Shown in pieces: positions 40,453 to 53,764 of a DNA stretch of 64,000 nucleotides. The position numbers and the translations under genes were made by a program. Below the pieces are notes generated by a model that saw only the letters and a list, made by a program, of their open reading frames with translations, was not told the origin of the DNA and ran no database searches. Source of the stretch: Escherichia coli (GTDB lineage Bacteria > Pseudomonadota > Gammaproteobacteria > Enterobacterales > Enterobacteriaceae); the NCBI RefSeq assembly GCF_017348835.2, contig NZ_CP071375.1; one strand, given 5' to 3'. Position 1 is the stretch's first letter; the number at the start of each line of letters is the position of its first letter.

Positions 40453-40895
40453 TATTTCCAGGTTGCCGTATTCAGGTTGAAACCAGCCACGCGGTAGGCT
40501 TTATAGCGTTCGCGCGCCAGTTGTTTCAGAGAATCTTCATAAGGAACGAAGTCTACCACTTCTGTGAAAGCGGTGGCAAAATCTGCAAAGCTTGTTCGCA
40601 GACTAATCAATATATCGCGCGGGCTGCTGCTGCGTTTTTGCGGCCAGGCGATCTCCACCGGCGCACCGCCGCGCGGTCCTTCTCCCGCTAAATTATGCGG
40701 AACAAAGCTTTCTGCCGGACGCGCCCACAGGGCTTCATCCAGCCGGTAAGCCTGCTTTTCATCTTCACAGGCGATGAGCACGCGCTTACCGCTGCGCCAA
40801 CGTTCTGCGGCAATTTCACACACCAGTTGCTCAACGGCGCTTAAGCCATCGACGGTGGTGTCATTGTCCAGAAGGTAGAACGTCGCGTTTTTCAT
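40452..40895 (-). CDS. holC: DNA polymerase III chi subunit
   Basis: 147-aa ORF ([57 protein letters not shown]…) translationally coupled to valS. Confidence 0.9.
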
Positions 40896-40947
40896 ATATG
40901 GGGCTTCTTGTGGTGGATTTAAATACGCATCAGGTATACACCGCAGC

Positions 40948-41340
<393 letters not shown>

Positions 41341-41344
41341 GCAA

Positions 41345-42859
<1,515 letters not shown>

Positions 42860-43122
42860 CTACGCTCCTGAATCTTAAAGACAACGGCGGTGGCTACAGA
42901 TAGAATTGCAAGCTTTCGTAACTCATGTCCGCTGTTGCGATGACTTCGTGTTAATCTTAACGTTATTACGGCATTGGCACGTCAGAACAAAATCTGAGAG
43001 GTGAATCCGTTGAGTATAATTATCTTAGCGACGATTTCGACGACTCAAGAGAATAAATGACGTTTAAGCCATGAAACAAGCTAAAATCCTGCAAAAGACG
43101 AGTTTTTACGGGCGTATTTAAA

Positions 43123-44223
43123 GTGATAATCATAAGATATCTGGTGCGGGAGACGCTCAAAAGCCAGCTGGCGATACTCTTCATCTTGCTTTTGATCTTC
43201 TTCTGTCAAAAGTTAGTGAGGATCCTCGGCGCAGCGGTTGACGGCGATATTCCGGCGAATCTGGTGCTCTCCCTTCTCGGGTTGGGCGTGCCGGAAATGG
43301 CGCAGCTTATCCTGCCATTAAGCCTGTTCCTCGGGCTGCTGATGACGCTGGGCAAACTGTATACCGAAAGTGAAATTACGGTAATGCATGCCTGCGGCCT
43401 GAGCAAAGCGGTTCTGGTGAAAGCGGCAATGATCCTTGCGGTATTCACGGCAATCGTCGCGGCGGTTAACGTGATGTGGGCGGGACCGTGGTCATCGCGT
43501 CATCAGGATGAAGTGTTAGCAGAAGCGAAAGCGAACCCTGGCATGGCGGCGCTGGCGCAAGGGCAATTCCAGCAAGCGACTAATGGCAGCTCGGTGCTGT
43601 TCATCGAAAGCGTTGACGGCAGCGATTTCAAAGATGTGTTCCTCGCACAAATTCGACCAAAAGGTAATGCACGTCCTTCTGTGGTGGTGGCCGATTCCGG
43701 ACATTTAACCCAGCTGCGCGACGGCTCCCAGGTCGTCACTCTCAACCAGGGAACGCGCTTCGAAGGCACTGCACTGTTACGTGATTTCCGCATTACGGAT
43801 TTCCAGGATTATCAGGCGATCATTGGTCACCAGGCGGTGGCGCTCGACCCGAACGATACCGACCAGATGGACATGTGCACATTGTGGAACACTGACACCG
43901 ATCGTGCTCGCGCAGAACTGAACTGGCGTATCACGTTGGTATTCACCGTGTTTATGATGGCACTTATGGTCGTACCGCTGAGCGTGGTTAACCCACGTCA
44001 GGGACGCGTACTGTCGATGCTGCCAGCCATGCTGCTGTATCTACTTTTCTTCCTGATCCAGACCTCCCTGAAATCGAACGGCGGTAAAGGTAAGCTGGAC
44101 CCGACGCTGTGGATGTGGACCGTTAACCTGATTTATCTGGCTTTGGCGATTGTTCTCAACCTTTGGGACACCGTGCCGGTCCGCCGCCTGCGCGCCAGTT
44201 TTTCGCGTAAAGGAGCGGTGTGA
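43123..44223 (+). CDS. lptF: Lipopolysaccharide export ABC permease LptF
   Basis: 366-aa membrane ORF (MIIIRYLVRETLKSQLAILF…) divergent from pepA. Confidence 0.9.
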   Translation: MIIIRYLVRETLKSQLAILFILLLIFFCQKLVRILGAAVDGDIPANLVLSLLGLGVPEMAQLILPLSLFLGLLMTLGKLYTESEITVMHACGLSKAVLVKAAMILAVFTAIVAAVNVMWAGPWSSRHQDEVLAEAKANPGMAALAQGQFQQATNGSSVLFIESVDGSDFKDVFLAQIRPKGNARPSVVVADSGHLTQLRDGSQVVTLNQGTRFEGTALLRDFRITDFQDYQAIIGHQAVALDPNDTDQMDMCTLWNTDTDRARAELNWRITLVFTVFMMALMVVPLSVVNPRQGRVLSMLPAMLLYLLFFLIQTSLKSNGGKGKLDPTLWMWTVNLIYLALAIVLNLWDTVPVRRLRASFSRKGAV

Positions 44224-45305
44224 TGCAACCTTTTGGCGTACTTGACCGCTATATCGGTAAAACTATTTTCACCACCATCATGATGACGCTGTTCATGCTG
44301 GTGTCGCTGTCGGGCATTATCAAATTTGTCGATCAGTTGAAAAAAGCCGGGCAGGGGAGTTACGACGCGTTAGGCGCAGGAATGTATACCTTGCTGAGCG
44401 TGCCGAAAGATGTGCAAATCTTCTTCCCGATGGCGGCTCTGCTTGGGGCGTTGCTTGGTCTTGGGATGCTGGCGCAGCGCAGCGAACTGGTGGTGATGCA
44501 GGCTTCTGGTTTTACCCGTATGCAGGTGGCGCTGTCGGTGATGAAAACCGCCATTCCGCTGGTCTTGCTGACGATGGCGATTGGCGAATGGGTCGCGCCG
44601 CAGGGCGAGCAGATGGCGCGTAACTACCGTGCGCAGGCGATGTACGGCGGCTCGTTGCTCTCTACCCAGCAAGGCTTATGGGCGAAAGATGGCAACAACT
44701 TCGTCTACATTGAGCGGGTTAAAGGTGACGAAGAGTTAGGTGGCATCAGCATTTATGCCTTTAACGAAAATCGTCGTCTGCAATCCGTACGCTATGCCGC
44801 TACTGCGAAGTTTGACCCGGAACATAAAGTCTGGCGTCTGTCGCAGGTTGATGAATCTGATCTGACCAATCCGAAACAGATTACCGGTTCGCAGACGGTG
44901 AGCGGCACCTGGAAAACCAACCTCACGCCTGACAAACTGGGCGTGGTGGCGCTGGATCCGGATGCACTCTCTATCAGCGGTTTGCACAACTATGTGAAGT
45001 ATCTGAAATCGAGCGGTCAGGATGCCGGACGTTATCAGCTCAACATGTGGAGCAAAATCTTCCAGCCGCTATCCGTGGCGGTGATGATGCTGATGGCGCT
45101 GTCGTTCATCTTTGGCCCACTGCGTAGCGTACCGATGGGTGTGCGTGTGGTCACCGGTATCAGCTTCGGTTTTGTCTTCTATGTACTGGACCAGATCTTC
45201 GGCCCGCTGACGTTGGTTTATGGCATCCCGCCGATCATCGGCGCACTGTTGCCAAGCGCCAGCTTCTTCTTAATCAGCCTGTGGCTGTTAATGAGAAAAT
45301 CGTAA
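44223..45305 (+). CDS. lptG: Lipopolysaccharide export ABC permease LptG
   Basis: ATG at 44223 (MQPFGVLDRYIGKTIF…) overlapping the lptF stop. Confidence 0.9.
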   Translation: MQPFGVLDRYIGKTIFTTIMMTLFMLVSLSGIIKFVDQLKKAGQGSYDALGAGMYTLLSVPKDVQIFFPMAALLGALLGLGMLAQRSELVVMQASGFTRMQVALSVMKTAIPLVLLTMAIGEWVAPQGEQMARNYRAQAMYGGSLLSTQQGLWAKDGNNFVYIERVKGDEELGGISIYAFNENRRLQSVRYAATAKFDPEHKVWRLSQVDESDLTNPKQITGSQTVSGTWKTNLTPDKLGVVALDPDALSISGLHNYVKYLKSSGQDAGRYQLNMWSKIFQPLSVAVMMLMALSFIFGPLRSVPMGVRVVTGISFGFVFYVLDQIFGPLTLVYGIPPIIGALLPSASFFLISLWLLMRKS

Positions 45306-45319
45306 CCGAATGAACGAAT

Positions 45320-45345
45320 AAAGGGAGCGAAAGCTCCCTTTATTA
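45320..45345 (+). terminator. Rho-independent terminator after lptG
   Basis: Hairpin aaagggagc-gaa-agctcccttt followed by attattgtt. Confidence 0.5.
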
Positions 45346-45407
45346 TTGTTAGCAAAGTGTGCTTCGTTCATGCCTGAAAAATCATGAAAATCCAATATAT
45401 TGCAGTG

Positions 45408-45447
45408 GTGTAGGCATGATAAGACGCGCCAGCGTCGCATCAGGCAA
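45408..45447. repeat. REP element between lptG and yjgR
   Basis: gtaggcatgataagacgcgccagcgtcgcatcaggc REP core. Confidence 0.5.
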
Positions 45448-45465
45448 AGACAAATCGCGCCTGAC

Positions 45466-46968
45466 TTACCTTCTTCTTCCCCCCAGCAAACTCCCCAACA
45501 TCCCACGTACAATCTGATTCGTCACCTGGCGGGCGGCGCTTTTCGCCATTGTTTGCACCACACCATCTTTCTTCCCGCCGCGTGGTCCGGTAGTGCCAAA
45601 CAAAATATCCTTCAATCCACCAAGAATGCCGTCATCCACCGCCACCTCTTTCCCTTTCACGGCAGGATTATTTTGCTGCTCGGCGCTTGCCTGTACGCCT
45701 TTTTGCAACATCTCATAGGCGGATTCCCGGTCCACGTCATCCTCGTACTTGCCATACACCGGAGAGTGATTAATCAAGCCATTACGCTCATCTTCCGTCA
45801 CCGGTCCCATCCGCGAACAAGGCGCAATCACCATCGCCCGTTCCACCACAGAAGGGCTTCCTTTCGCATCCAGAAAAGAGATCAACGCCTCGCCGGTGCC
45901 CAGTTCCTGAATCGCCTTTTCGGTATCAAATGCCGGATTGACCCGCATGGTTTGCGCCGCAGCTTTTACCGCTTTCTGATCTTTGGGCGTAAAAGTCCGC
46001 AAAGCGTGTTGAACGCGATTACCGAGCTGGCCGAGCACGTTATCCGGAATATCGGACGGATTTTGCGAAACGAACCAGACGCCCACGCCTTTTGAGCGAA
46101 TAAGCCTTATCACCTGCTCAATCTTATCCAGCAGTACCTGCGGTGCATCGTTAAACAGCAGATGTGCCTCGTCGAAGAAAAACACCAGTTTTGGTTTCTC
46201 CAGATCGCCCGCTTCCGGCAATTGTTCATACAACTCCGAGAGCATCCACAACAGGCTGGCGGCATACAGTTTCGGCATCTGATAAAGCTTCTCGGCGCTG
46301 AGGATATTGATAACGCCTTTACCGTTGGCATCGGTGCGCATCCAGTCTTTGATATCCAGCATCGGCTCACCAAAGAAGTGTGCTGCGCCTTGCTGTTCCA
46401 GCGACAACAGCCCGCGCTGGATGGCACCAACCGATGCGCTACTGATATTTCCGTACTGATTCTGGAAAGATTTGGCGTTATCGCCGATGTACTGGGTAAT
46501 CGCCCGCAAATCTTTAAAGTCGAGCAGTAACAGCCCCTGATCGTCAGCAATGCGGAAGATGATATTCAGCACGCCAGACTGCACATCGTTGAGATTCAAC
46601 AGCCGCGCCAGCAACAGCGGCCCCAGATCCGAAACCGTCGCCCGCACCGGATGGCCTTTCTCGCCAAAGATATCCCACACCACCACCGGATTGGCATGCG
46701 GTTGCCAGTCATTGACGCCGATATTTTTAAGCCTTGTGAGCAGTTTTTCCGACGCCGTTCCTGCCTGCGCGATACCGGTCAGATCGCCTTTCACATCAGC
46801 CATAAACACCGGCACGCCGATTTCCGACAATGACTCTGCCAGTTTTTGCAGCGTAACGGTTTTACCCGTCCCCGTTGCGCCAGTAATCAGCCCGTGACGG
46901 TTAGCCATTCCCGGCAGTAAAAACAGTTCTGTGTCCGGCGTGCGGGCAATTAACAGGGGTTCGCTCAT
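45466..46968 (-). CDS. yjgR: P-loop NTPase-like protein YjgR (DUF853)
   Basis: Internal Met start ([41 protein letters not shown]…) gives 500 aa with a Walker A motif. Confidence 0.85.
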   Translation of the reverse strand: MSEPLLIARTPDTELFLLPGMANRHGLITGATGTGKTVTLQKLAESLSEIGVPVFMADVKGDLTGIAQAGTASEKLLTRLKNIGVNDWQPHANPVVVWDIFGEKGHPVRATVSDLGPLLLARLLNLNDVQSGVLNIIFRIADDQGLLLLDFKDLRAITQYIGDNAKSFQNQYGNISSASVGAIQRGLLSLEQQGAAHFFGEPMLDIKDWMRTDANGKGVINILSAEKLYQMPKLYAASLLWMLSELYEQLPEAGDLEKPKLVFFFDEAHLLFNDAPQVLLDKIEQVIRLIRSKGVGVWFVSQNPSDIPDNVLGQLGNRVQHALRTFTPKDQKAVKAAAQTMRVNPAFDTEKAIQELGTGEALISFLDAKGSPSVVERAMVIAPCSRMGPVTEDERNGLINHSPVYGKYEDDVDRESAYEMLQKGVQASAEQQNNPAVKGKEVAVDDGILGGLKDILFGTTGPRGGKKDGVVQTMAKSAARQVTNQIVRGMLGSLLGGRRR

Positions 46969-47097
46969 GAGATTTCCTCCAGTTTCCTGCCTGGAGTATA
47001 GGCAACGGCTGTGCACTCTTCACCGCTAAATTCAGCAGATTGCGAGACGCCTTCCAAAGAGATTTAAGTGCCGGGCGACAGGCACCCGGCAAAGGGA

Positions 47098-48117
47098 TCA
47101 GAAGTCGGCTTTCAGGACCACGCGGTAGCGCGCTTTACCATCGCGTACATGCTGGATGGCGTCGTTAATTTTCGACATCGGGAACAGTTCGGTGGTCGGC
47201 GCAACCTTGCTGCGGGCGGCAAAACGCATCAGCTTACGCAGCTCATAAGGCGTGCCGGTAGCAGAACCAGAGATGCTGCGGTCGCCCGCAATTAACGTAA
47301 AGGCCGGAACAGACAGCGGCGTGAGAACCGCACCGACCGTATGGAAATTACCGCCATAGGTCAGCGCCTCAAAATAAGGCTGCCAGTCGAGGCTGACGTT
47401 CACAGTATTGATAATGAGATCAAACTGCCCCGACAGGGCTTTCAGTGCCTGCGGATCGCGGCTATTCACCACTTTATCGGCACCCATCGCCAGTACTTCC
47501 TGCTCTTTCGCCGGATTAGAACTAAAGGCCGTCACCTCGCATCCCATTGCGTGCAGAAGTTTTATAGCGATATGCCCCAGCCCGCCAATACCAATTACCC
47601 CAACGCGGCTGGTAGCAGTGATATGGTGCATCAACAGTGGTTTAAAGACCGTGATACCGCCGCACAACAGCGGCCCGGTGGACTCGATATCAATATTTTC
47701 TGGCAGTGGAATCACCCATTGCCAGTCCGCACGCAACTTCTCGGCAAAGCCACCGCGATTCATAATCGTCGGCACCGCACCTTGCTCGCAGTTGATCTGA
47801 TTACCGCTAATACAGGCGTCGCAGTGACCACAGCTACGCGCCGTCCAGCCAATCCCGACACGCTGACCGACCTGCAAACCTTTATCCTGCGCGGCGCTCC
47901 CGAGTGCCACCACGCGCCCAATCACCTCATGCCCGGCAACCAGCGGATATTGTGAAAATCCCCATTCGTTATCGATCATCGACAGATCGGAATGACAAAT
48001 CCCGCAGTAATCCACCTGCACTTCAACATCTTGTGGCTTCAGCTCACCGGGATCGTACTCATAAACTTCCAGTTCGCCGCCCGCTTCTTTTGCGGCATAG
48101 CTTTTTATCATCGACAT
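47098..48117 (-). CDS. ahr: NADPH-dependent aldehyde reductase Ahr (YjgB), zinc-type alcohol dehydrogenase
   Basis: Internal Met start ([53 protein letters not shown]…) gives 339 aa with zinc-ADH motifs. Confidence 0.85.
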   Translation of the reverse strand: MSMIKSYAAKEAGGELEVYEYDPGELKPQDVEVQVDYCGICHSDLSMIDNEWGFSQYPLVAGHEVIGRVVALGSAAQDKGLQVGQRVGIGWTARSCGHCDACISGNQINCEQGAVPTIMNRGGFAEKLRADWQWVIPLPENIDIESTGPLLCGGITVFKPLLMHHITATSRVGVIGIGGLGHIAIKLLHAMGCEVTAFSSNPAKEQEVLAMGADKVVNSRDPQALKALSGQFDLIINTVNVSLDWQPYFEALTYGGNFHTVGAVLTPLSVPAFTLIAGDRSISGSATGTPYELRKLMRFAARSKVAPTTELFPMSKINDAIQHVRDGKARYRVVLKADF

Positions 48118-48312
48118 TTTTGGGTCCTTCTCTGGTGTTGTTTGGGAAGTGTAGAGCATGGCAGGGCGGGGTGCCTGGAGTGTGACAAAGGTTACATATC
48201 GCTGAGTGTAATGCTGAAAATTTCAGCACTTAGCGAGGTGGGTGCAAGCTGGCGCTTGCATGGTGGCGTGCGACAGGTATAATCCACAACGTTTTCCGCA
48301 TACCTCTTCAGT

Positions 48313-48397
48313 GCCGAAGTGGCGAAATCGGTAGACGCAGTTGATTCAAAATCAACCGTAGAAATACGTGCCGGTTCGAGTCCGGCCTTCGGCACCA
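48313..48397 (+). tRNA. leuX: tRNA-Leu (anticodon CAA)
   Basis: 85-nt sequence gccgaagtggcgaaatcggtagacgcagttgattcaaaatcaaccgtagaaatacgtgccggttcgagtccggccttcggcacca, with the CAA anticodon in the loop and an encoded CCA end. Confidence 0.95.
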
Positions 48398-48930
48398 AGT
48401 TACTAAATTCCTTACAATACAGTTAGTTAGACGATTAAATCTGTCTCTTTTGCCTGTAAGAAATGCTCTGTTATGTCCCTTGAAAAAGCCGCTGTGGTTG
48501 ATAGTGGTAATTGGGATGTTAACTCATAGCGGCGTGTCGTTCCAAGCGTCAAACACGTACTGACTCAACTTGAAAGCTATGACGTAGCCACCGTCTCTAA
48601 ACAATCCCAAAACTTTTAGTGCAGCGCATTTTAGCCCGATGCCCCCATTCTGTCGCCGTCGCGAGACGCCGCAGGGGATAAACAGGTTTATGGTGGTCAC
48701 GGTACTTGCAGACCATATGCAAGCTCTGCCAGCGGTTCGGCCTCGCTCCCCTTGGGTACATGGTCATCCTGATAAGCCTCACTAACTGACATAACCCTGA
48801 TGAAGTCGCAAGAGGCTCCGCTTGTTGTCTTACCACCAACGGGGCTTTATGGATTCTATTGCTTAATATATGATTGTATCAAACTTAGACTGCATAATTT
48901 AAACGAACATAACAATCAGGCAGGGGAAGA

Positions 48931-49755
48931 ATGATAAAGCCATTTTCTGTGAGGTATGGTCATGTTGACGTTAGAGAGCATGTCCAGCTGAATGATCTTA
49001 ATTCTGATACACGCATAGCATTGTGGAATTGCTTATATCTTTTCCTTTGGACTAACAATCGTCAAACTGCTACAGCAACAAAATGTGCGCAGTCTGTGTG
49101 GATATATTATCTAAATCAACCTGCGGATAATATTCCTCGTTATGAAAGTGGATACAAAAGTGATAAGACGTTGCTGACTGCTATCCGAGATTATATATAT
49201 GGGGAAGCATGGTATTTGGTATATGATTTAATTGAGTTCATCATTGAGAGAACTAATTCATATATTAATCTATCGAAGCATCTCAATTCCATCTTTAAAA
49301 AGCATGGCGTTGGTTATACCATAATAAATGGTTGTATTACTCCTATTTCAAATGATAACGAAATTGAAAGTGTTCAGAACGCAGTTGATAATGGCACTGA
49401 TTCATCGCGTAGCCATTTCGAAAGGGCGTTACAACTAATGACGGATAGAGAGCAGCCAGACTACAGAAACTCGATTAAAGAGTCTATCTCTGCAATTGAA
49501 TCTTTATGCAGGAAAATCACGGGCAATGATAAAGGAACCTTGGGGGCTTGTCTTAAAGCTATAGAGGAAAAAGGATATATACACTCTGCAATGAAAGGCG
49601 CTTTTAGTCAGCTCTATGGTTATACAAGTGATCAGGGTGGAATACGTCATGCGCTAACAGAAGAAGATGTAAATCCTACCTTAGCTGAAGCTAAATTTAT
49701 GTTAGTCACTTGCAGTGCGTTCAGTAATTATCTGTTGTCAAAAATAAGTGATTAA
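48931..49755 (+). CDS. Hypothetical protein, 274 aa, AT-rich, no motif recognised by eye
   Basis: Long uninterrupted ORF with a good Shine-Dalgarno (aggggaag) before the ATG; codon usage and base composition atypical of the flanking core genes; about 530 bp downstream of leuX. Confidence 0.6.
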   Translation: MIKPFSVRYGHVDVREHVQLNDLNSDTRIALWNCLYLFLWTNNRQTATATKCAQSVWIYYLNQPADNIPRYESGYKSDKTLLTAIRDYIYGEAWYLVYDLIEFIIERTNSYINLSKHLNSIFKKHGVGYTIINGCITPISNDNEIESVQNAVDNGTDSSRSHFERALQLMTDREQPDYRNSIKESISAIESLCRKITGNDKGTLGACLKAIEEKGYIHSAMKGAFSQLYGYTSDQGGIRHALTEEDVNPTLAEAKFMLVTCSAFSNYLLSKISD

Positions 49756-49773
49756 TTACAGGTTTATAGTTAC

Positions 49774-49794
49774 GAGTGGGTTAGTTACCCACTC
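49774..49794. terminator. Perfect 8-bp stem hairpin between the two convergent islet ORFs (possible bidirectional terminator)
   Basis: gagtgggt-tagtt-acccactc lies in the 48-bp gap between the two stop codons; flanking U runs are weak. Confidence 0.4.
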
Positions 49795-49803
49795 CCTTTA
49801 AAA

Positions 49804-50376
49804 TTATTCACCAGACTCTAATCTTTTTTCTCTTTTCTCATCTCTCCTTTTTATTGCCAAATCGTGTTGCTCTTGCAGATACGTGCGTTCTTCGTTTCTA
49901 TCGCTTGAAGTATATACGTCTGCTTTTACTTTTTTAGCTCCTTGTGCAATAGGTTTCCAATCCTCTCTTATACCTTTAATTTGTTCTGCAATTTGCGTCA
50001 ATGGGCTTCTCGCTCCTAGATAACTTATTCCTTCAAATGTCGCCATGTCATACACATATTCATTTGTTTCTCTATCGTTTGATTTAGGTTTGCTTGCCCA
50101 GCTTATATTAATATTATAAATTTGATCTTTGATTTGTTCATACTTACAGAGATTGCTGGTAAGTGATTGCCCATTTTTTAACACGCTTACCTTACTAAAC
50201 GGAATCTCACTTTTTTCTCTATGCTCCGCATTTACTAGTGGAGGATCAAACACAACCTCAACATTATAGGCAGGTGCGTTCCCTGTATTAGCAATGTTAA
50301 TATCAAAGTAAAAAGCGGCCCAAGGGTTTGGCTCAAGTGTTACAACTATATGGGGTTGAGCTGATGCGTCAACCAT
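49804..50376 (-). CDS. Hypothetical protein, 190 aa from the first ATG (208 aa if the GTG at 50430 is used), charged and hydrophilic
   Basis: ORF convergent with 48931..49755. The GTG-extended N terminus runs into the IS911 terminal sequence, so the ATG at 50374-50376 is preferred. No motif recognised. Confidence 0.5.
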   Translation of the reverse strand: MVDASAQPHIVVTLEPNPWAAFYFDINIANTGNAPAYNVEVVFDPPLVNAEHREKSEIPFSKVSVLKNGQSLTSNLCKYEQIKDQIYNINISWASKPKSNDRETNEYVYDMATFEGISYLGARSPLTQIAEQIKGIREDWKPIAQGAKKVKADVYTSSDRNEERTYLQEQHDLAIKRRDEKREKRLESGE

Positions 50377-50476
50377 TCTTTTTGTCTCGTCTGCTCTGAA
50401 GTGGTGAAGTGGTTTACTGAATTTGGCCACCTGAACAGAGGTGATATGCTCACCTCAGAACAACACAGGTGCTCCA

Positions 50477-50739
50477 ATGAAAAAAAGAAATTTTAGCGCA
50501 GAGTTTAAACGCGAATCCGCTCAACTGGTTGTTGACCAGACATACACGGTGGCAGATGCCGCCAAAGCTATGGATGTTGGCCTTTCCACAATGACAAGAT
50601 GGGTCAAACAACTGCGTGATGAGCGTCAGGGCAAAACACCAAAAGCCTCTCCGATAACACCAGAACAAATCGAAATACGTAAGCTGAGGAAAAAGCTACA
50701 ACGCATTGAAATGGAGAATGAAATATTAAAAAAGGCTAC
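50477..50739 (+). pseudogene. insN: IS911 orfA (InsN), truncated by the IS30 insertion after about codon 87
   Basis: Translation follows IS911 OrfA up to …EILKKAT, then runs into the IS30 terminal repeat at 50740. Confidence 0.8.
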
Positions 50740-51960
50740 TGTAGATTCAATCTGTCAATGCAACACCCCTTTCAATTATCTCTTTCGGTGTTTTGAACTT
50801 CAGTGTCTTTCTCGGTCTGTTGTTTAGCTGAGCAGCAACCAGATCTAGTTCATGTTGAGTATATTGGGCAAGACATGTCTTTTTAGGAAAGTACTGCCGA
50901 ATTAGCCCATTTGTGTTCTCATTTGTTCCCCGCTGCCAAGGACTCTGAGGATCGCAGAAGTAAACTTTAACGCCGGTGCTGACAGTAAATTCTAGATGTC
51001 TGGCCAGTTCCATTCCTCTGTCCCATGTCAGTGATTTTCTGAGTTCTGACGGTAAACTCAGGAATTTGTCGGTAAGAGCCTGATTTACTGAGACAGAATC
51101 TTTGCCCCTGAGTCTAAGGATGATCGTATAACGTGATTTTCGGTCTACAAGTGTGGCTATATGAGAGTTTTTTGTACCTGAGACTAAATCGCCCTCCCAA
51201 TGCCCCAGAGAGCGTCTGTTATCGATATTTCGGGAACGTTCGTGAATTGGTGTTCCGTTCACTATGTTAATCGTACCTCTTTCGCCTTTGCGGGTATGAC
51301 GCCTGCCATGGCGAAGGCTATGCGACCGTCGCAGATGCTGTATATTCAGGTGGTGTAGCGCTTCACGGCTACGAAAGTACAGCGTTTTATAAATTGTCTC
51401 AGGTGATATTCGCAGCGTTTTTTGACGTGGTTTTGTTCGCCTTAACCATCCTGATATTTGCTCTGGAGACCATTTCATCTCCAGCTTTTCCAGAACAAGC
51501 TTTCGCAATGGTAAATTTTGATCCAGTAAGCACGGTTTTGGCCTTTTCGCCATTCTGTTGGCTCGGTTATTAGCATCAACAGCTTTGTAATAGCGTCTGC
51601 CCCGATTACGCTGAACTTCACGTGAGATCGTCGAAGGACTGCGATTCAGCGCAGTAGCTATCGCACGAATGCTCATTTTGGCTGACAAACCAGCTCGTAT
51701 CTCCTCGCGCTCAGACAGTGTCAGGTGAGCTACAGCCCGCTTATGCTCATGGGGTTTTATGCCGCCAGTATCCCTTAACATAGTGAAGATCGTTCCGGGT
51801 TTTGAACCCAGGATATTCGCTATTTCACTGAAGCCTGTTCCGTTCTTCCATAGTTCAAAAACAGAGGCTTTTTCCTCTGCTGTAAATGTTCGTCTCATTC
51901 AAAAAACCTCCGCAACCCCATGTTTTCACATAACTGTTGCGTTGACCAATTGAATCTACA
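50740..51960 (-). mobile_element. IS30, complete 1221-bp copy inserted into IS911 orfA with a 2-bp target duplication (AC)
   Basis: Terminal inverted repeats tgtagattcaat… at 50740 and …attgaatctaca at 51960; AC at 50738-50739 and 51961-51962; the IS911 sequence resumes at 51963. Confidence 0.9.
50747..51898 (-). CDS. insI: IS30 transposase (InsI), 383 aa
   Basis: [41 protein letters not shown]… matches the IS30 transposase. Confidence 0.9.
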   Translation of the reverse strand: MRRTFTAEEKASVFELWKNGTGFSEIANILGSKPGTIFTMLRDTGGIKPHEHKRAVAHLTLSEREEIRAGLSAKMSIRAIATALNRSPSTISREVQRNRGRRYYKAVDANNRANRMAKRPKPCLLDQNLPLRKLVLEKLEMKWSPEQISGWLRRTKPRQKTLRISPETIYKTLYFRSREALHHLNIQHLRRSHSLRHGRRHTRKGERGTINIVNGTPIHERSRNIDNRRSLGHWEGDLVSGTKNSHIATLVDRKSRYTIILRLRGKDSVSVNQALTDKFLSLPSELRKSLTWDRGMELARHLEFTVSTGVKVYFCDPQSPWQRGTNENTNGLIRQYFPKKTCLAQYTQHELDLVAAQLNNRPRKTLKFKTPKEIIERGVALTD

Positions 51961-52028
51961 ACCGCGCTCTTGATGTCAGACTCCCTGAACAGTTCTCGAT
52001 AATCAGGAAACTCAGAGCGCATTATCCT

Positions 52029-52867
<839 letters not shown>

Positions 52868-52871
52868 CCAC

Positions 52872-53207
52872 AACAGACTACCTGAAGGGAGCCGCGGTCG
52901 CCTAGCAGTTGCAGTAGCAGGAGATCATCCAGCCGCAGTACAGGTCACGATGACTCTGGTTAATGATACCGGCTTTGACCCCGTATTTTCCGGCTCTATC
53001 GCTGAATCATGGCGTCAGCAGCCGTGCACACCATCCTATTGTTGTGACTGGGAGGCTGCCACCATGCTTCGCGCTTTCCCTCTGGCGAAAAAGGGAGAAG
53101 GACGGGCCCGTCTGCCTTCACTTTATGCCAGCTTCGGTAAGCTGGGTGAGACACCGACTCATAAAGATATCATTGATAACAATCGATCCATCAACTGGCC
53201 TGTATAA
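52872..53207 (+). other. Uncharacterised ORF fragment (possibly yjhV-like) between IS911 and fecE
   Basis: The open frame continues out of the IS911 terminus; no start context or function assignable. Confidence 0.3.
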
Positions 53208-53764
53208 CGTGGCTGCCGGTGATTAAGAAAGCTGCACCTACCTAAGTAGTAGCAAACGTACACTTTTTAGAAAAATCGATGGTCAGAAACTGGATTAGCA
53301 ATTCCGTTCCAGGGTTGCTTTTGATTTACGTTGGCGTCTGATCATTGATTTATCCTCAAAAGCCCAACCTCATTGGTAATGAACCAGCTCCGTGAATGTC
53401 CGCTCTGGCACAGAGCGAAATTTTTTGATCTCCCCCCCTGAAATCTAAACTTAGTCATGTCACGTTTTTGGGTTTCTAAAATTTTAACTTCGCGTTTTTC
53501 GTTGCCGTAAGGGTTATACAGAAATGTCCGTTAAGCAGAGTTCAAAATTGATTGCCGTGATCACGACTGGTTTGAAAGCCGCGCCCAAGCCTGTACAGCT
53601 CTGGTTTGCGTTGATTATGAACCTGTCAGCCTAAAGCAAGCGGATGGACGATGAGTATTGGTAATCTTTCAGAGTCCGGAAAAGTTCAGCCCCAGTCTGA
53701 ACAGGCTTGCTGACGCCAGTCCAGTTTCATTCAGTCGTGGTTTGGTTCTTACGGCCTGTGCAAT

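Noticed and set aside
48597-48839. 80-codon minus-strand ORF in the leuX-proximal spacer
   Set aside because: No Shine-Dalgarno or plausible start context, and the translation is Arg/Pro-rich as expected for a chance frame in a GC-rich segment; treated as non-coding (see the structured-RNA hypothesis).
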